A stretch of DNA of 64,000 nt, from positions 181,724,001 to 181,788,000 of the forward strand of contig NC_086097.1 in the NCBI RefSeq assembly GCF_963921235.1. Reading direction: 5' to 3'. Source of the DNA: Mobula hypostoma (taxonomy: Eukaryota). Made by a program: the position numbers and the translations under genes. Under the pieces are notes generated by a model. It did no database searches, was not told where the DNA came from, and saw nothing but the letters and a program-made list of their open reading frames with translations. This document shows positions 62,958-64,000 of the stretch, piece after piece. How positions within the stretch are numbered: the stretch's first letter is position 1; each line of letters begins with the position of its first letter.

Positions 62958-64000
62958 AAAGTTCAAAGTAAGTTTATTATCAAAGTACATAAATGTCACC
63001 ATATACAACCCTGAGATTAATTTTCTTGTGAGCATACTCAATAAATCCAAAAACCATAATAGAATCAATGAAAGACTGCATCAAAGGTGCGGACCAGTAT
63101 GCAAAAGACAACAAACTGTGCAAGTACAAAAAAAATTAATAATAATAAATATCAAGAACATGAGATGAAGAGTCTTTGAAAATGAATCCGTAAGTTGTGA
63201 GAACAGTTAAGTGATGGGGCATTTTAAGTTGAGTGAAGTTATCCCCTCTGATTCAGGAGCCTAATGGTTGAAGGTTCATAACCTGGTGGTGTGAGTCCTG
63301 AGGCCCTTGAACCTTCTTCCTGATGGCAGTAGTGAGAAGACAGCATGATCTGGGTGGTGGGGTCCATGATAATGGATGCTTCTTTCCTATGATAACACTT
63401 CATGTAGGTGTGCTCAATGGAGAGGAGGACTTTACACGTGATGGATTGGTCAGTATCCACTACTTTTTGTAGGATCTTCCATTAAGGACATTGGTATTTC
63501 CATACCAGGCTGTGATGCAACCCCAGTCAATGTACTCTTCACCGCACATCTATGGAAGTTAGTCAAAGTTATAGATGACATGTTGAATCTTCACAACTCC
63601 AAAGGCGCTGCTGTGCTTTCCAAGGCAGGTCCTCTGAAATGATAACACTGAGGAATTTTTAAGTTGCTGACCCTCTCCACCTCTGATCCTCCGATGAGGA
63701 CTGGCTCATGAACTTCTGGTTTCCTGCTCCTCGATCTTGCTGACATTGAGTAAGAGGTTGTTGTTGTGGCATCACTCAGCCAGATTCTCAATCTCCCTGC
63801 TATATGCTGATTCATCGCCACCTTTGATTTGGCCTATGACAGTGGTGTTGTCAGCAAACTTGTATATGGCATTGGAGCTGTGCTTAGCCACACAGTCATA
63901 AGTGTAAAACGGTTAGAGCAGGGGGCGAAGCACACAGCCTTGTGGTGTACCTGTGCTAATGGATATTGTGGAGGAGATGTTGTTGGAACTGTAAGTGAGG
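62958..64000 (-). mobile_element. Rex1/Babar-type LINE 3' part, running off the window
   Basis: Same family as 55210-57025 (shared 3' UTR aaagttcaaagtaa..ttattatcaaagtacat); IGGSEVERVSN motif. Confidence 0.8.

Overview
Eukaryotic (vertebrate) genomic DNA dominated by decayed transposable elements. The repeat families (HE1/V-SINE-like SINEs, abundant CR1, Rex1/Babar, Penelope) suggest a cartilaginous fish, probably a ray; that assignment is inference. One clear host gene is present: TMUB1 on the minus strand, with coding exons 24981-24143 and 23363-23012 (396 aa) and an in-frame charged tandem repeat. Its probable promoter and first exon lie in a CpG island at about 48.5-49.2 kb, and a candidate 5'UTR exon lies at 30463-30572. 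The rest is nested mobile DNA: CR1, Rex1/Babar, L1, RTE and Nimb/I LINEs, Penelope-like elements, a Tc1 element, a Chapaev-3 DNA transposon with intact termini and TAA TSD, an internally deleted BEL/Pao LTR element with both LTRs, and a Gypsy remnant. The most striking non-obvious signals are (i) a minimal hammerhead ribozyme motif in about 10 Penelope-derived termini, including a 135-bp module inserted with a 12-bp TSD, and (ii) an ATF4-like uORF plus overlapping-ORF leader on TMUB1 beside a CRE/ATF motif cluster. Most short ORFs in the supplied track are TE debris. No CRISPR, rRNA or bona fide tRNA genes were seen. Boundaries of old repeats are approximate.
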